Below, piece by piece: positions 8,419 to 17,670 of a stretch of DNA of 31,520 bases (position 1 is its first letter; each line of letters opens with the position of its first letter). The stretch comes from a virus. Lineage: Duplodnaviria > Caudoviricetes. The DNA lies in IMG/VR virus record IMGVR_UViG_3300020599_000169, positions 1 to 31,520 of that record, one strand, 5' to 3'. The notes beneath the pieces are model-generated. The model did not search any database. It saw only the letters and a program-made list of their open reading frames with translations, and was not told where the DNA came from. Made by a program: the position numbers and the translations under genes.

Positions 8419-8592
8419 TTGAAAAAAGATTTCCTTTTCTTTTGTCATAATTGTGGACTGCCTCAGAGAATAACAAGCTATGTGATAAATAAATATTTTA
8501 AAAGCTATGGAGTTAAAGGATTCTATTGTTCCAACTGTTGTAGTTACAACGAATTAACAGATAAAGAGAAAACGGTGTTGTTAGAGGATTAG
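8419..8592 (+). CDS. Small zinc-ribbon protein
   Basis: CHNC...CSNC; TTG start behind AAGGGAGCGGAG. Confidence 0.65.
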   Translation: MKKDFLFFCHNCGLPQRITSYVINKYFKSYGVKGFYCSNCCSYNELTDKEKTVLLED

Positions 8593-8604
8593 GGGTGGAG
8601 TGTA

Positions 8605-8736
8605 ATGGCAAATAAAAAGAAATATAGAAAGCGCCTTGGAAAGGTAATAAACAAGAGGGTTAAAGAAGCAGAAAAGAAAAGGCTCGAGAATAACTGGAGA
8701 AACATCTTTGTTAAATCAGGCTTTCTTAATAAATAA
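8605..8736 (+). CDS. 43-aa basic phage protein (DUF3983-like; not in ORF track)
   Basis: MANKKKYRKRLGK...NNWRNIFVKSGFLNK; WRNIFV motif; GGGGTGGAG RBS. Confidence 0.75.
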   Translation: MANKKKYRKRLGKVINKRVKEAEKKRLENNWRNIFVKSGFLNK

Positions 8737-8760
8737 AAAAAGCCAGGATCACTCCCAGCT
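8735..8760 (-). terminator. Minus-strand intrinsic terminator
   Basis: AGCUGGGA-GUGA-UCCUGGCU then a U tract; two G-U pairs valid only on the minus strand; GNRA loop. Confidence 0.6.
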
Positions 8761-8805
8761 GAAAATATAAAAACCTAAATACATTATAACATGGTGGTGA
8801 TCTGG

Positions 8806-9360
8806 TTGCAGACTGGTTTAACCTTTAAAGAGATAAATGAAATGTTACTAGACTACAAGATTGCCTTAAGTGATGCAAAAAGACGATATGAATTAGCTTC
8901 CGATGATAAACAAGATAATGAAACCCGTTCAGATAAGGAAATCATTAAGGACATGATCACCGATATAGAATATGCAATTGAATGGATGGAAACAGGAAGA
9001 AGACCAGGTAATAAGAGAGGGATTGAACGCAGAGCTGCATATCAAAGAGAAAGAGCATTTGATCCGCTTCTAATGCAAAAATTCTTTAGAAGTGCAGATG
9101 ATCTTGATTATGAATGGGACAAGTCTGATAAGGAAGATCTAATTAGTGAATGGGACCAGGAGCGGATTGAAGATGCTTTATCTGTACTTACTGAAAGAGA
9201 AAAAGAAATTTATCTAATGTCACGTGGGTATTGTATTAGATACAAGGATATTGCTAGGTATTTAGATGTTTCGGTTAGTACCGTTAAGACAAATATCAAA
9301 AGAGCGGAATCTAAAATAAGTAAACGAATTACAGAAAGCCTCTTCTGCATGTGCAGTTAG
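8806..9360 (+). CDS. Positive control factor / late-gene activator (Xpf-like, sigma70 region 4)
   Basis: MITDIEYAIEWMETGRRPGNKRGIERRAAYQRE and a C-terminal region-4 HTH (LTEREKEIYLMSRG...IARYLDVSVSTVKTNIKRA); last early gene before packaging. Confidence 0.88.
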   Translation: MQTGLTFKEINEMLLDYKIALSDAKRRYELASDDKQDNETRSDKEIIKDMITDIEYAIEWMETGRRPGNKRGIERRAAYQRERAFDPLLMQKFFRSADDLDYEWDKSDKEDLISEWDQERIEDALSVLTEREKEIYLMSRGYCIRYKDIARYLDVSVSTVKTNIKRAESKISKRITESLFCMCS

Positions 9361-9371
9361 AGGCTTTCTGT
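9331..9371. terminator. Hairpin/terminator at the end of the late activator gene
   Basis: ACAGAAAGCCTCT...AGAGGCTTTCTGT 13-bp inverted repeat. Confidence 0.6.
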
Positions 9372-9458
9372 CTTCTGTATATTTGATTAGTTTATCTTTG
9401 TTCAAAAGAATTAGAGAGAAGGTACTCTAATCCAATTGAACAAGGAAACTTAATATTG

Positions 9459-9623
9459 TTAAATGAAAAACCTTAAATACAATATGGTTGCTAGTGTTAC
9501 CAATAGTTCTTTGGTTAAGTGAAGCTCATATAGTTGTTTCTCAAAGTCAAACAAAATTTTTAAGTAACTCGGTATCTCTAACTTTAATCGCTTATTACTT
9601 AATGAAAATTTAATAAGAAACAC
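9459..9623 (-). CDS. Putative 51-54 aa peptide with a hydrophobic C-terminus
   Basis: (VFL)IKFSLSNKRLKLEIPSYLKILFDFEKQLYELHLTKELLVTLATILYLRFFI; AAGAGGGTG precedes an ATT codon; flanked by inverted repeats. Confidence 0.4.
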   Translation of the reverse strand: MFLIKFSLSNKRLKLEIPSYLKILFDFEKQLYELHLTKELLVTLATILYLRFFI

Positions 9624-9779
9624 CCTCTTTTCAAGTTAAGTGTTTCCTTGTTCATTAGCTATGTCTTTATAATGATATGTATTTTAAATTATTTTTATGC
9701 ACAAATAAATATTGTATGTAATATGAGCATCATCTATGTAGTAATAGTTTAATTTACTTATAAAGAAATCGATTAAATG

Positions 9780-9801
9780 GTCATCCAAATGCCACCTATA
9801 G
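9780..9801 (+). promoter_or_regulatory. Putative Xpf-dependent late promoter
   Basis: GTCATCCAAATGCCACCTATAG immediately upstream of the late operon; resembles the TGCCACCTATA motif I recall downstream of Xpf-like genes. Confidence 0.45.
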
Positions 9802-9838
9802 ATAAATAAATATATTTATTTATGTGGGGTGTGATTGG

Positions 9839-10027
9839 ATGAGGGTAGCGGAGCATTTAAATAAAACTCAAATAAATAAACTTGATAAGTTAAAGAAATG
9901 TAATCCATCCAAGAAGAAACAATCACCTAAGAGGAAACAGGAAGAACGTGTTGATTGGATAGACATCATGGGTACGAATAGACAAACTCTCAAACGTGGT
10001 AAAGGTGGAGCAATGAGAAGAAATTGA
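9839..10027 (+). CDS. Small basic phage protein
   Basis: Lys/Arg-rich, ...DIMGTNRQTLKRGKGGAMRRN; GGGGTG RBS. Confidence 0.7.
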   Translation: MRVAEHLNKTQINKLDKLKKCNPSKKKQSPKRKQEERVDWIDIMGTNRQTLKRGKGGAMRRN

Positions 10028-10031
10028 AAAC

Positions 10032-10055
10032 AGGAAATTATCTCCTTTTGTCGAA
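10032..10055 (+). promoter_or_regulatory. SigH-like promoter overlapping a Spo0A-box heptamer
   Basis: AGGAAAT...TGTCGAA upstream of the 10084 gene; same architecture at 27696-27719 and 27837-27861. Confidence 0.55.
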
Positions 10056-10083
10056 ATATAAGGCATAAGGAGGTGCAAAAATT

Positions 10084-10401
10084 ATGGGAAGAAAAGGTTT
10101 TAAAGGTTTTGAAAATGAAATAAAAAAGCTGCAAAAAAAAGTAGAAGATGCAAGTAAGCCAGAATCAGTAAGTTTTAATGTTCTTTTTCATGAAGATTTT
10201 ATGAGGAAAAACACAAACTTCACTTCGATTGATGACTTCTTTGATCAAAGTCCTTTTCAAGTAGAAACAGAAGAGGATTTCGAAGCATTGGATCAAACGG
10301 AACTGGACAAGTATGTTGCAGAACATACACAATTCGAAGACTGGGATGATATGTTATCTACAGCAGGACAGGAACATATCGCAAAGAAATTGGGATTTTA
10401 G
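10084..10401 (+). CDS. Acidic hypothetical protein, moron-like
   Basis: AAGGAGGTG RBS, own promoter motif and downstream terminator. Confidence 0.8.
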   Translation: MGRKGFKGFENEIKKLQKKVEDASKPESVSFNVLFHEDFMRKNTNFTSIDDFFDQSPFQVETEEDFEALDQTELDKYVAEHTQFEDWDDMLSTAGQEHIAKKLGF

Positions 10402-10412
10402 TCATAAGTAGT

Positions 10413-10435
10413 AGCATCCTTCGGGGTGCTTTTTT
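10413..10435 (+). terminator. Intrinsic terminator
   Basis: AGCATCC-TTCG-GGGTGCT followed by a T tract. Confidence 0.8.
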
Positions 10436-10454
10436 AATTGTGTGAGGTGATCTC

Positions 10455-10832
10455 TTGAATGAATACAAAACCAAACAACAGAAGTATATGAATAAACATC
10501 AAAGGTATGACAAATACAACCGCAATAAGGAAGCACGAGCATTCTATAAGAGTGCAGCATGGCAGAAGTGTAGGCAGTTGGTATTACAAAGAGATAACTA
10601 CTTATGTCAAAATTGTTTAAAGAACAATCGAATAATACCAGCTGATATGGTTCATCACATTGTTGAACTACTTGATGATTGGGATAAAGCTTTAGACATG
10701 GACAACTTAGAAAGTCTTTGTAATAGTTGTCACAATAAAGAGCATCCTGACAGAGGAATGAGAAGAACCAAAAAGAAAGAGAAAAGCAAAATAAAAGTAG
10801 TGAAGGCGAAAGCAAATAAGGAAATCATATAG
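10455..10832 (+). CDS. HNH endonuclease (packaging-associated, HK97 gp74-like)
   Basis: RDNYLCQNC...VHHI...NLESLCNSCHNKEH; directly upstream of terS. Confidence 0.93.
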   Translation: MNEYKTKQQKYMNKHQRYDKYNRNKEARAFYKSAAWQKCRQLVLQRDNYLCQNCLKNNRIIPADMVHHIVELLDDWDKALDMDNLESLCNSCHNKEHPDRGMRRTKKKEKSKIKVVKAKANKEII

Positions 10833-10924
10833 CCCCCCTGCATTTAAAATAATTTTATTATTGCTATGGGACCGGGGAGGGCACCTTCGTTTGCAACGCG
10901 GATTGATTTTCACATGAGGGGGGG
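10831..10924. other. Probable cos-site region
   Basis: GC-rich island GGGACCGGGGAGGG near 10868-10881, flanked by CCCCCC and GGGGGG runs, between HNH and terS as in Firmicute cos phages; the exact cut cannot be determined. Confidence 0.5.
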
Positions 10925-10931
10925 TATTGAG

Positions 10932-11282
10932 ATGGCGAAAATGAGTAAAAAGAAGCAAAATGAATTAATTGAACAGGAAATAAATCGACTTTTGGAATTA
11001 ATTCAAGAATTGCCAGAGGAAAAAATACAAGCAGCTAAAAGATTAATTGAACGTGCGGCTTTTATGAAAATTACTCTTGAAATACTCGAAGAAAATATCA
11101 AAACGAAAGGTCCCACGTATTTATTCGTAAATGGGTCCCAAAGGATGCAAGTCGAAAATCCTGCTCAAAAATCTTATAATACTATGATAAATCGTTATAC
11201 TACAGCATGTGAAAAGATTTTTAACTTGCTACCAAAGGATAAAGTAGAAGTAGTTGATGATGATGATTTCGACAACTTCTAA
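10932..11282 (+). CDS. terS: Terminase small subunit
   Basis: LIERAAFM...ENPAQKSYNTMI...DDDFDNF; position; GAGGGGGG RBS. Confidence 0.85.
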   Translation: MAKMSKKKQNELIEQEINRLLELIQELPEEKIQAAKRLIERAAFMKITLEILEENIKTKGPTYLFVNGSQRMQVENPAQKSYNTMINRYTTACEKIFNLLPKDKVEVVDDDDFDNF

Positions 11283-13035
11283 AGATGGAAATATTGTATT
11301 AACAAAACCATCACCTATACTTTTAACAACCTGGTATGCTGAACAAGTTATTGAAGAAAATATTGTTGCAAGTAAAAATGTTATTTTGGCAGCAAAGAGA
11401 CATATTAATGATCTGAAAAAATCTAAACTAAAGGTTCTAAGAGAAGAATTCCCTTGGGAATTTGATGAGGATTTAGGACATAGACCTATTAGATTTATAG
11501 AAAAATATTGCAAACCATCAAAAGGTAATTTTAAAAGACTTATTGCTCAAGCTTGGCAGCATTTTACTTTAGGAAATCTTTTCGGCTGGGTTCATAAAGA
11601 AACAAAGTTAAGGCGCTTCAAAGAAGGGCTTATTTTTGTTGCGCGTAAAAATGGAAAAACAACTAAAATTTCAGGTGTTTCCCTTTATGGTGTAAGTAAA
11701 GATGGTGAAAATGGAGCAGATATACCATTATTAGCTAACTCAATGAAACAAGCTAGACTTTTATTTGATGAAGCTAAGGCAATGGTAAAAGCTTCTCCAA
11801 AGTTAAGCAAAAGATTTCGACCTTTAAGAGATGCTATTCATTTTGACAAAACCTTTTCAAAGATTGAGCCACAAGCTTCAGATTCTGAAAAACTAGATGG
11901 TTTGAACACTCATATAGGTGTATTTGATGAGATTCATGAGTTTAAAGACTATAAATTAATCAATGTCATCAAAAACTCTCGTGGTTCAAGGGAACAACCA
12001 CTACTTATTTACATCACAACAGCTGGATACCAATTAGATGGCCCACTTGTTAACTACTATGAGCAAGGTGTTGATGTTCTTAAAGGTGTAATTAATGACG
12101 AAAGAACATTTTATTACCTAGCAGAACTCGACGATCCAAGCGAATTTGATAAACCGGAGATGTGGATTAAAGCAAATCCTAATCTCGGGGTGTCTATTAA
12201 GCTATCTGATATGGTTGAGGATTGGGAGAAAGCAAAACGTACTCCTGCTGAAAGAAATGATTTTATTACCAAACGTTTTAATATATTTGTACAATCTGAT
12301 GAACAATCATTCTTAGATTATGAAGTAATTAAACGTAATAAAAAATCATTAAAACTGTCTATTTTACAAAAAAAATCATGTGTTGGAGGATTTGACCTTT
12401 CTCAAACTGAAGACTTTACTAGTGCATGTCTAGAATTCCCATTAGAAACTGGTGAGGTTTTCACACTTTCTCATTCATGGATTCCAGAAAAGAAAGTATT
12501 AAGTGATAATGAAAAGATTCCTTACAGAGAGTGGGAAAAAGAGGGATTACTTACAATTTGTAAGGGAGATTATGTAGATTATCGCTTAATTTATGATTGG
12601 TTCGTAGAAAAATCCAATCATTATAATATTGAATTAATTACTTATGACCCTGCTAACGCTTATCGACTAGTTGAAGATTTAAAAGCATATGGTTTTAATA
12701 CCCTTGCAGTAAGACAAGGATATATAACTTTAAGTCCTGCATTAAAAGATGCTAAGGAATTATTTCTAGATGGAAAAGTGATATTTAGTGAAGAAGTGAT
12801 CGAGAACGGTGAAAATAAAATAAAAATGAACGTACTTTTTCGTTGGTACCTCAATAACGTAAAGCTTGTGGAAGATAGAAACGGCAACTGGTTGCCAACA
12901 AAACAAGGTCGATACCGTAAAATAGACGGGTTTGCGGCTTTTTTAAATGCTCATACAGAGGTTATGAAGAAGATGGTTGCTCCACAAGGGGATGGAAATA
13001 TTGAATTTGTCTCTGTAAGTGATTTATTTAAATAA
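11254..13035 (+). CDS. terL: Terminase large subunit
   Basis: Walker A VARKNGKT, Walker B VFDEIHE, ITTAG, nuclease GFDLS...D and KIDG; start uncertain among 11254-11263. Confidence 0.97.
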   Translation: MMMMISTTSKDGNIVLTKPSPILLTTWYAEQVIEENIVASKNVILAAKRHINDLKKSKLKVLREEFPWEFDEDLGHRPIRFIEKYCKPSKGNFKRLIAQAWQHFTLGNLFGWVHKETKLRRFKEGLIFVARKNGKTTKISGVSLYGVSKDGENGADIPLLANSMKQARLLFDEAKAMVKASPKLSKRFRPLRDAIHFDKTFSKIEPQASDSEKLDGLNTHIGVFDEIHEFKDYKLINVIKNSRGSREQPLLIYITTAGYQLDGPLVNYYEQGVDVLKGVINDERTFYYLAELDDPSEFDKPEMWIKANPNLGVSIKLSDMVEDWEKAKRTPAERNDFITKRFNIFVQSDEQSFLDYEVIKRNKKSLKLSILQKKSCVGGFDLSQTEDFTSACLEFPLETGEVFTLSHSWIPEKKVLSDNEKIPYREWEKEGLLTICKGDYVDYRLIYDWFVEKSNHYNIELITYDPANAYRLVEDLKAYGFNTLAVRQGYITLSPALKDAKELFLDGKVIFSEEVIENGENKIKMNVLFRWYLNNVKLVEDRNGNWLPTKQGRYRKIDGFAAFLNAHTEVMKKMVAPQGDGNIEFVSVSDLFK

Positions 13036-13052
13036 TTGAAGGAGGTGAGATT

Positions 13053-14273
13053 TTGAAATGGTACGCACGCTTTAAGAATGCGGTCAAAATGGCTTTGGCT
13101 GGATGGAGCGGACAAGGTTTTGACTTTACCAGTTGGTCAGGTCGTACATTTTGGGGTGTTGATAACGGGAAATTAGCCACAAATGAGACTATTTTTAGTG
13201 TAATAAGCCGTTTAGCTAACACATTATCATCATTACCAATTAAACTTTATCAAAATTATGATGTGAAGATGACTAAAGCATCTGATGTCGTTATTAATGA
13301 TCCTAATCCTAATATGACGAGTTTTGAGTGTTTTAACAAAATTGAAGTATCAAGAAATGAAACTGGAAATGGTTATGCTGTCATTATGAGGGACATTCGA
13401 ATGCAACCGGAACAACTTTTACCCATTGATTCAAGCTATATAACCCCATTTTTGAACAAAGATGATGGAGAATTGTGGTATCAAGTGCTTGGGAATGACG
13501 GTACTTATTACATCCATAACATGAATATGTTTCATGTTAAGCATGTAACCGGTTCTAGTAGGTGGTCTGGAATTAGTCCATTAAACGTTCTGAAAAACAC
13601 GCTAGAATATGATAAAGCAGTTCAAGAATTTAGCTTGTCTGAAATGCAGAAGAAAGATAGTTTCACTCTCGCATACCAAGCGAACGTTGATAAAGATAAA
13701 AGGCAACAAATTATCGATGATTTCAGACGTTTTTATCAAGAGAATGGAGGTATTTTGTTTAAAGAACCAGGAGTTGAAATTGATCCAATCGAACGAAAAT
13801 ACTTTGCATCTGATACTTTAGCTTCAGAAAAGATCACTCGTTCACGAGTTGCAAATGTGTTTAATGTACCTGTCTCATTTCTTAATGATGCAGAAGGACA
13901 AGGGTTTTCTAGTAATGAACAAATGATGATCCAATTTGTTCAAATGACCTTAACACCAATTGTTAGGCAGTATGAACAAGAATTGAATAGAAAATTACTA
14001 ACACCAGCTGATAGAAAGGCTGGTTTTTATTTTAAATTCAACCTTGGAGGCTTGCTTAGAGGGGATACTTCAGCAAGAACGAATTTTTATCAAGCAATGA
14101 TTCGTTCAGGTGGAATGTCTCAAGATGAAGTTAGAATGCTGGAGGATTTACCACCTAAAGGCGGTAATGCATCTAAACTTTGGGTAAGTGGAGACTTATA
14201 TCCAATCGATATGGACCCAGCCCAACGTAAAGGAGGTGAGAAATCAAATGGGGAAGCAGAAAAAACAGAATAA
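13053..14273 (+). CDS. HK97-family portal protein
   Basis: LSSLPIKLY, PNPNMT, GNGYAVI, GISPL, VANVFNVP, LLRGD, DEVRMLEDLPP. Confidence 0.96.
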   Translation: MKWYARFKNAVKMALAGWSGQGFDFTSWSGRTFWGVDNGKLATNETIFSVISRLANTLSSLPIKLYQNYDVKMTKASDVVINDPNPNMTSFECFNKIEVSRNETGNGYAVIMRDIRMQPEQLLPIDSSYITPFLNKDDGELWYQVLGNDGTYYIHNMNMFHVKHVTGSSRWSGISPLNVLKNTLEYDKAVQEFSLSEMQKKDSFTLAYQANVDKDKRQQIIDDFRRFYQENGGILFKEPGVEIDPIERKYFASDTLASEKITRSRVANVFNVPVSFLNDAEGQGFSSNEQMMIQFVQMTLTPIVRQYEQELNRKLLTPADRKAGFYFKFNLGGLLRGDTSARTNFYQAMIRSGGMSQDEVRMLEDLPPKGGNASKLWVSGDLYPIDMDPAQRKGGEKSNGEAEKTE

Positions 14274-15009
14274 ATTCTGGGAAATGAAGATGTCTGCTGA
14301 CAATAAGTCTGCGGATATTTTTGTTTATGGAGAAGTTACAAAATATGCATGGGAAGAATATGGCGAAGTTTCAGCGCAGGCTTTTAAGAAAGAGCTTGAT
14401 GACCTAGGAGATGTTGATACCATAAATCTTCACATTAACTCTCCAGGAGGAAGCGTCTTTGAAGGGTTAAATATCTATAATATGCTTAAAATGCACAAGG
14501 CACATATAAATGTTTATATTGACGCATTAGGAGCTTCAATTGCTTCTGTAATTGCTATGTGTGCTAGCCCAAATTCTTTGTATATGCACAAAAACTCCAT
14601 GTTGATGATACATCATGCTTGGACTTATGCTTCAGGTAACGCTAAACAACTGAGGAAAGCAGCCGATGACATAGAAAAAATCAGTAAAACAAGTTGTCAA
14701 ACGTACTTGGATCGAGCAGGAGACAAATTAACAGAGGAAAAATTACAAGAGCTTCTTGATGCGGAGGCATGGCTTACTGCGGAAGAGGCTTTTTCTTATG
14801 GGCTTTGTGATGTTGTTTTAGAAGAAAATCAAGCAGTTGCTTGTATAAGCGATGAACTATTTAAATCATATAAAAATGTTCCAAAACAACTGATTAATCA
14901 GTCTGAAAACAAAATTTCAGCTGAAGAAATGGCTCAAAGACAACGTATTGCAGAAGAATCAAAAGCAAATTCAGCTTATATTAATACAATTCTAGGAGGA
15001 ATCATTTAA
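14248..15009 (+). CDS. ClpP-type head maturation protease
   Basis: INSPGGSVFEG, GASIASVIAM, LMIHHAW, WLTAEEAFSYGLCD; ATG behind AAGGAGGTG. Confidence 0.95.
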   Translation: MGKQKKQNKFWEMKMSADNKSADIFVYGEVTKYAWEEYGEVSAQAFKKELDDLGDVDTINLHINSPGGSVFEGLNIYNMLKMHKAHINVYIDALGASIASVIAMCASPNSLYMHKNSMLMIHHAWTYASGNAKQLRKAADDIEKISKTSCQTYLDRAGDKLTEEKLQELLDAEAWLTAEEAFSYGLCDVVLEENQAVACISDELFKSYKNVPKQLINQSENKISAEEMAQRQRIAEESKANSAYINTILGGII

Positions 15010-16220
15010 TGAAAAATCAATTAAAATTAAACTTACAATTTTTCGGTGGAAGCAGCACATTATTTGAATTAAAACAAAACATGGCCACTATTGGTCAACA
15101 ATTACAAAAAGTTGAAAATGAACTTTCCCAAAAAGCAATTGATACAACTGCTTCAATGGATGATATTAAGGCGCTTCAAACTTCAAAATCTGATTTACAA
15201 ATGCGCTTTAATGTCATCAAAGACCAACATGATCAAATGGAAGCAGAGCAAAAAGCGAAATTCTCTCAAAATCAGGGCATTCAAGGTGTGGAAGATCCTA
15301 AGCAACGTGTTATTGAAGCAAAAGCAGAATTAGTTCGTGCGACAATGACTGGAAAACCTTTATCAAATGAAGTTCTTCAAGTATTAGGTGATAACACAAC
15401 ACCTGCAACAGGTGGAGAAAAGTTATTACCTAAAACTGTATCAGATACACTTTTACATGAACCATTTGTGAAAAATCCATTACGTAACATATCTGCCTTT
15501 ACTCAAGAAACTAATTTAGAAATTCCAAAAATCAGTTTCCAATTAAATGATGATTCTTTCATTGGGGATACTGAAACAGCGAAAGAAATTGCAGCAACTG
15601 GTGACACTGTTGCATTCGGACGTCATAAATTCAAAGTGTTTGTGCCAATCTCTGAAACAGTACTAAATGGAACAAATACAAATCTAGTTGCAACTGTAGA
15701 TCGTGCACTTGAATCAGGTTTAGCAGCGAAAGAAAAGAAAGTTGCGTTTGCTACTACTCCAGTTACTGGTGAAGAGCATATGTCTTTCTACTCTACTCAA
15801 AATAACATTAAGAAAGTTCAAGGAGAAAATAAGTATAAAGCAATTAAAAATGCAATTGCTGATCTACATGAAGATTTCCGAGAAAATGCTAAAATCGTTA
15901 TGAGTTACAAGGATTACTCAGACATTATCGAGTTCCTAGCTAACGGTAATGCAACACTATACAGCGCTCAACCTGAGCAAGTTCTTGGTAAACCAGTTGA
16001 ATTTGTAGATGCAGCGATTAACCCAGTAGTTGGAGATTTCCAATACTCTCACTACAACTACGATTTAGCAATGCTTCGTGATCGTGATAAAGATGTAAAA
16101 ACTGGTATTGAATTGTTTGTATTAACAGCTTGGATGGATCACCAAATCAAGTTGAAATCAGCATTCCGTATTGCTGAAGTATCTGGTACAACAACTACAA
16201 CAACTACAGCTGGAGTATAA
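15009..16220 (+). CDS. Major capsid protein (HK97 fold) with N-terminal LKLNLQFF motif and C-terminal poly-Thr tail
   Basis: Coiled-coil delta domain, GGEKLLPKT, LGKPVEF...VVGDF, SAFRIAEV; ends SGTTTTTTTAGV. Confidence 0.95.
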   Translation: MKNQLKLNLQFFGGSSTLFELKQNMATIGQQLQKVENELSQKAIDTTASMDDIKALQTSKSDLQMRFNVIKDQHDQMEAEQKAKFSQNQGIQGVEDPKQRVIEAKAELVRATMTGKPLSNEVLQVLGDNTTPATGGEKLLPKTVSDTLLHEPFVKNPLRNISAFTQETNLEIPKISFQLNDDSFIGDTETAKEIAATGDTVAFGRHKFKVFVPISETVLNGTNTNLVATVDRALESGLAAKEKKVAFATTPVTGEEHMSFYSTQNNIKKVQGENKYKAIKNAIADLHEDFRENAKIVMSYKDYSDIIEFLANGNATLYSAQPEQVLGKPVEFVDAAINPVVGDFQYSHYNYDLAMLRDRDKDVKTGIELFVLTAWMDHQIKLKSAFRIAEVSGTTTTTTTAGV

Positions 16221-16250
16221 TTGAAATTAAAAGCGAGCGGTGATGAATAA

Positions 16251-16535
16251 ATGCTCACACTTGAAAATTTTCCTGAATTAAAAACTGCATTACGTATAGA
16301 TGGGAGCGAGGATGACAAAGTCCTTGCTCTTCTTTTAAATGCTGCGAAAACATATTTAAAAGGTGCAGGAGTTCCAGAAGAAAAAATCACTATTGACACC
16401 TTAGATTTATATAAACAAGCTATTATTCTTTATCTAGGGTTCGATTATGAGTATGAAGAACGGAAAATAACTAAGCTTGAAAGAGCCTTTCAACGAATAT
16501 TATTACAGTTAAGGGCAGGGATTACTATTGAGTAA
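16251..16535 (+). CDS. Head-tail connector (gp6-like)
   Basis: ELKTALRIDGSEDDKVLALLLNAAKTYL...ILLQLR. Confidence 0.88.
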   Translation: MLTLENFPELKTALRIDGSEDDKVLALLLNAAKTYLKGAGVPEEKITIDTLDLYKQAIILYLGFDYEYEERKITKLERAFQRILLQLRAGITIE

Positions 16536-16866
16536 AGGAATATTAAACACTCGAGTAACCTTTTATGAGGATGTAGCAAAATACGGTCCTGAGCCTGGAG
16601 AAGATAATTCAAAAACTTTATATAATGCTTGGGCAAAAATAGATGAGGTTTGGCTAAAAGACATTGAAATAGCAAAATCAAATGGAACTTTATCTGATGT
16701 AACTATAACAATTCGTGATCCTAGAAGGGATTACCAGCCAAACAACAAACATTCCTTATCTATTGATTCACAGTATTATAGAGGAAAAAAATATAATATT
16801 AAACATGTACAACCCGATTTACAAAATAAACGTTATATTAGAATTGTTGCGGAGCTAACACAATGA
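16528..16866 (+). CDS. Head closure / head-tail adaptor
   Basis: LNTRVTFY...AWAKI...TITIR...YNIKHV; position. Confidence 0.8.
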   Translation: MSKGILNTRVTFYEDVAKYGPEPGEDNSKTLYNAWAKIDEVWLKDIEIAKSNGTLSDVTITIRDPRRDYQPNNKHSLSIDSQYYRGKKYNIKHVQPDLQNKRYIRIVAELTQ

Positions 16867-17255
16867 GTGTAAATGTAACTGGTTTAAATAAATTGTTGGC
16901 AGATTTAGAAAAACGTTTAGGTAAATCTAAAATGCAAACGATTAGTGATGATGCTCTTAAAAAGGGTGCAAAGGTATTTGTCCAAGAATTAAAAAGTCAA
17001 TTTGAATACTTTAAAGATACGGGTGCATCTATAGATGAAATAACTATTTCTGACCCAACGTGGATAGGAGGTATCCGAACGATAAAGATTCACTGGCGAG
17101 GTCCACATGATCGTTATCGTATTATCCATCTAAATGAGTGGGGAACCGTAAAAAATCCTAATCCAAAAGGTAAAGGTGCAATTGCAAGGGCAATGCGTAA
17201 TAGTGAAAAAGCATACCTGAAAGCTGTAGAAGATGCAGTAAGGAGAGGATTTTAA
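16863..17255 (+). CDS. HK97 gp10-like tail/neck component
   Basis: VTGLNKLL...KDTG...IHLNEWGT; position. Confidence 0.75.
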   Translation: MSVNVTGLNKLLADLEKRLGKSKMQTISDDALKKGAKVFVQELKSQFEYFKDTGASIDEITISDPTWIGGIRTIKIHWRGPHDRYRIIHLNEWGTVKNPNPKGKGAIARAMRNSEKAYLKAVEDAVRRGF

Positions 17256-17629
17256 TGCTTTATAAAATATATGATGCTTTTAAAGCCGATCCTCTTATTC
17301 AAGAAAAAGTTGGAGAAAGAATCAAGTTTTATGAATATCCTCTTACCGGTGATGTGACAGGTCCGTATATCATTATAGATCCATTAAGTTCACCTATACC
17401 AGGAGATTATGCGGATAACGAACAGTTAACAGATGAATATATGTACCAAATCGAAGTTTGGTCTAAAAATTTATCTGATACTGAAAGTATTGCAAAACAG
17501 ATCCGTACAGTCTTAAGGAAAGAAATTGGTTTTGCCCAATACGGAACTGGTATTGATGAGTGGGATAAAGATTTAGGAATTTACCGGGATGCTAGAAGAT
17601 ATAGAGGTAAAGAGTATGTGGATGCCTAA
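17255..17629 (+). CDS. Tail terminator/completion protein
   Basis: IKFYEYP...YADN...YQIEVW...YRDARRYRG; precedes the tail tube gene. Confidence 0.75.
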   Translation: MLYKIYDAFKADPLIQEKVGERIKFYEYPLTGDVTGPYIIIDPLSSPIPGDYADNEQLTDEYMYQIEVWSKNLSDTESIAKQIRTVLRKEIGFAQYGTGIDEWDKDLGIYRDARRYRGKEYVDA

Positions 17630-17648
17630 TTCGGCATCCTTTTTATTT
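17620..17648 (+). terminator. Terminator-like hairpin before the tail tube gene
   Basis: GGATGCC-TAATTC-GGCATCC followed by TTTTTATTT. Confidence 0.6.
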
Positions 17649-17670
17649 GTGAAAAATAGGAGGAATAAGT

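Noticed and set aside
9463-9613. Plus-strand frameshifted membrane peptide (MK..TLNTIWLLVLPIVLWL...)
   Set aside because: It needs a one-base deletion and is the antisense of an uninterrupted minus-strand ORF; weaker support
16188-16208. Poly-Thr tracts as neutral microsatellites or assembly artefacts
   Set aside because: Codons are mixed and the same tail with a [A/S]GV ending recurs in an unrelated gene
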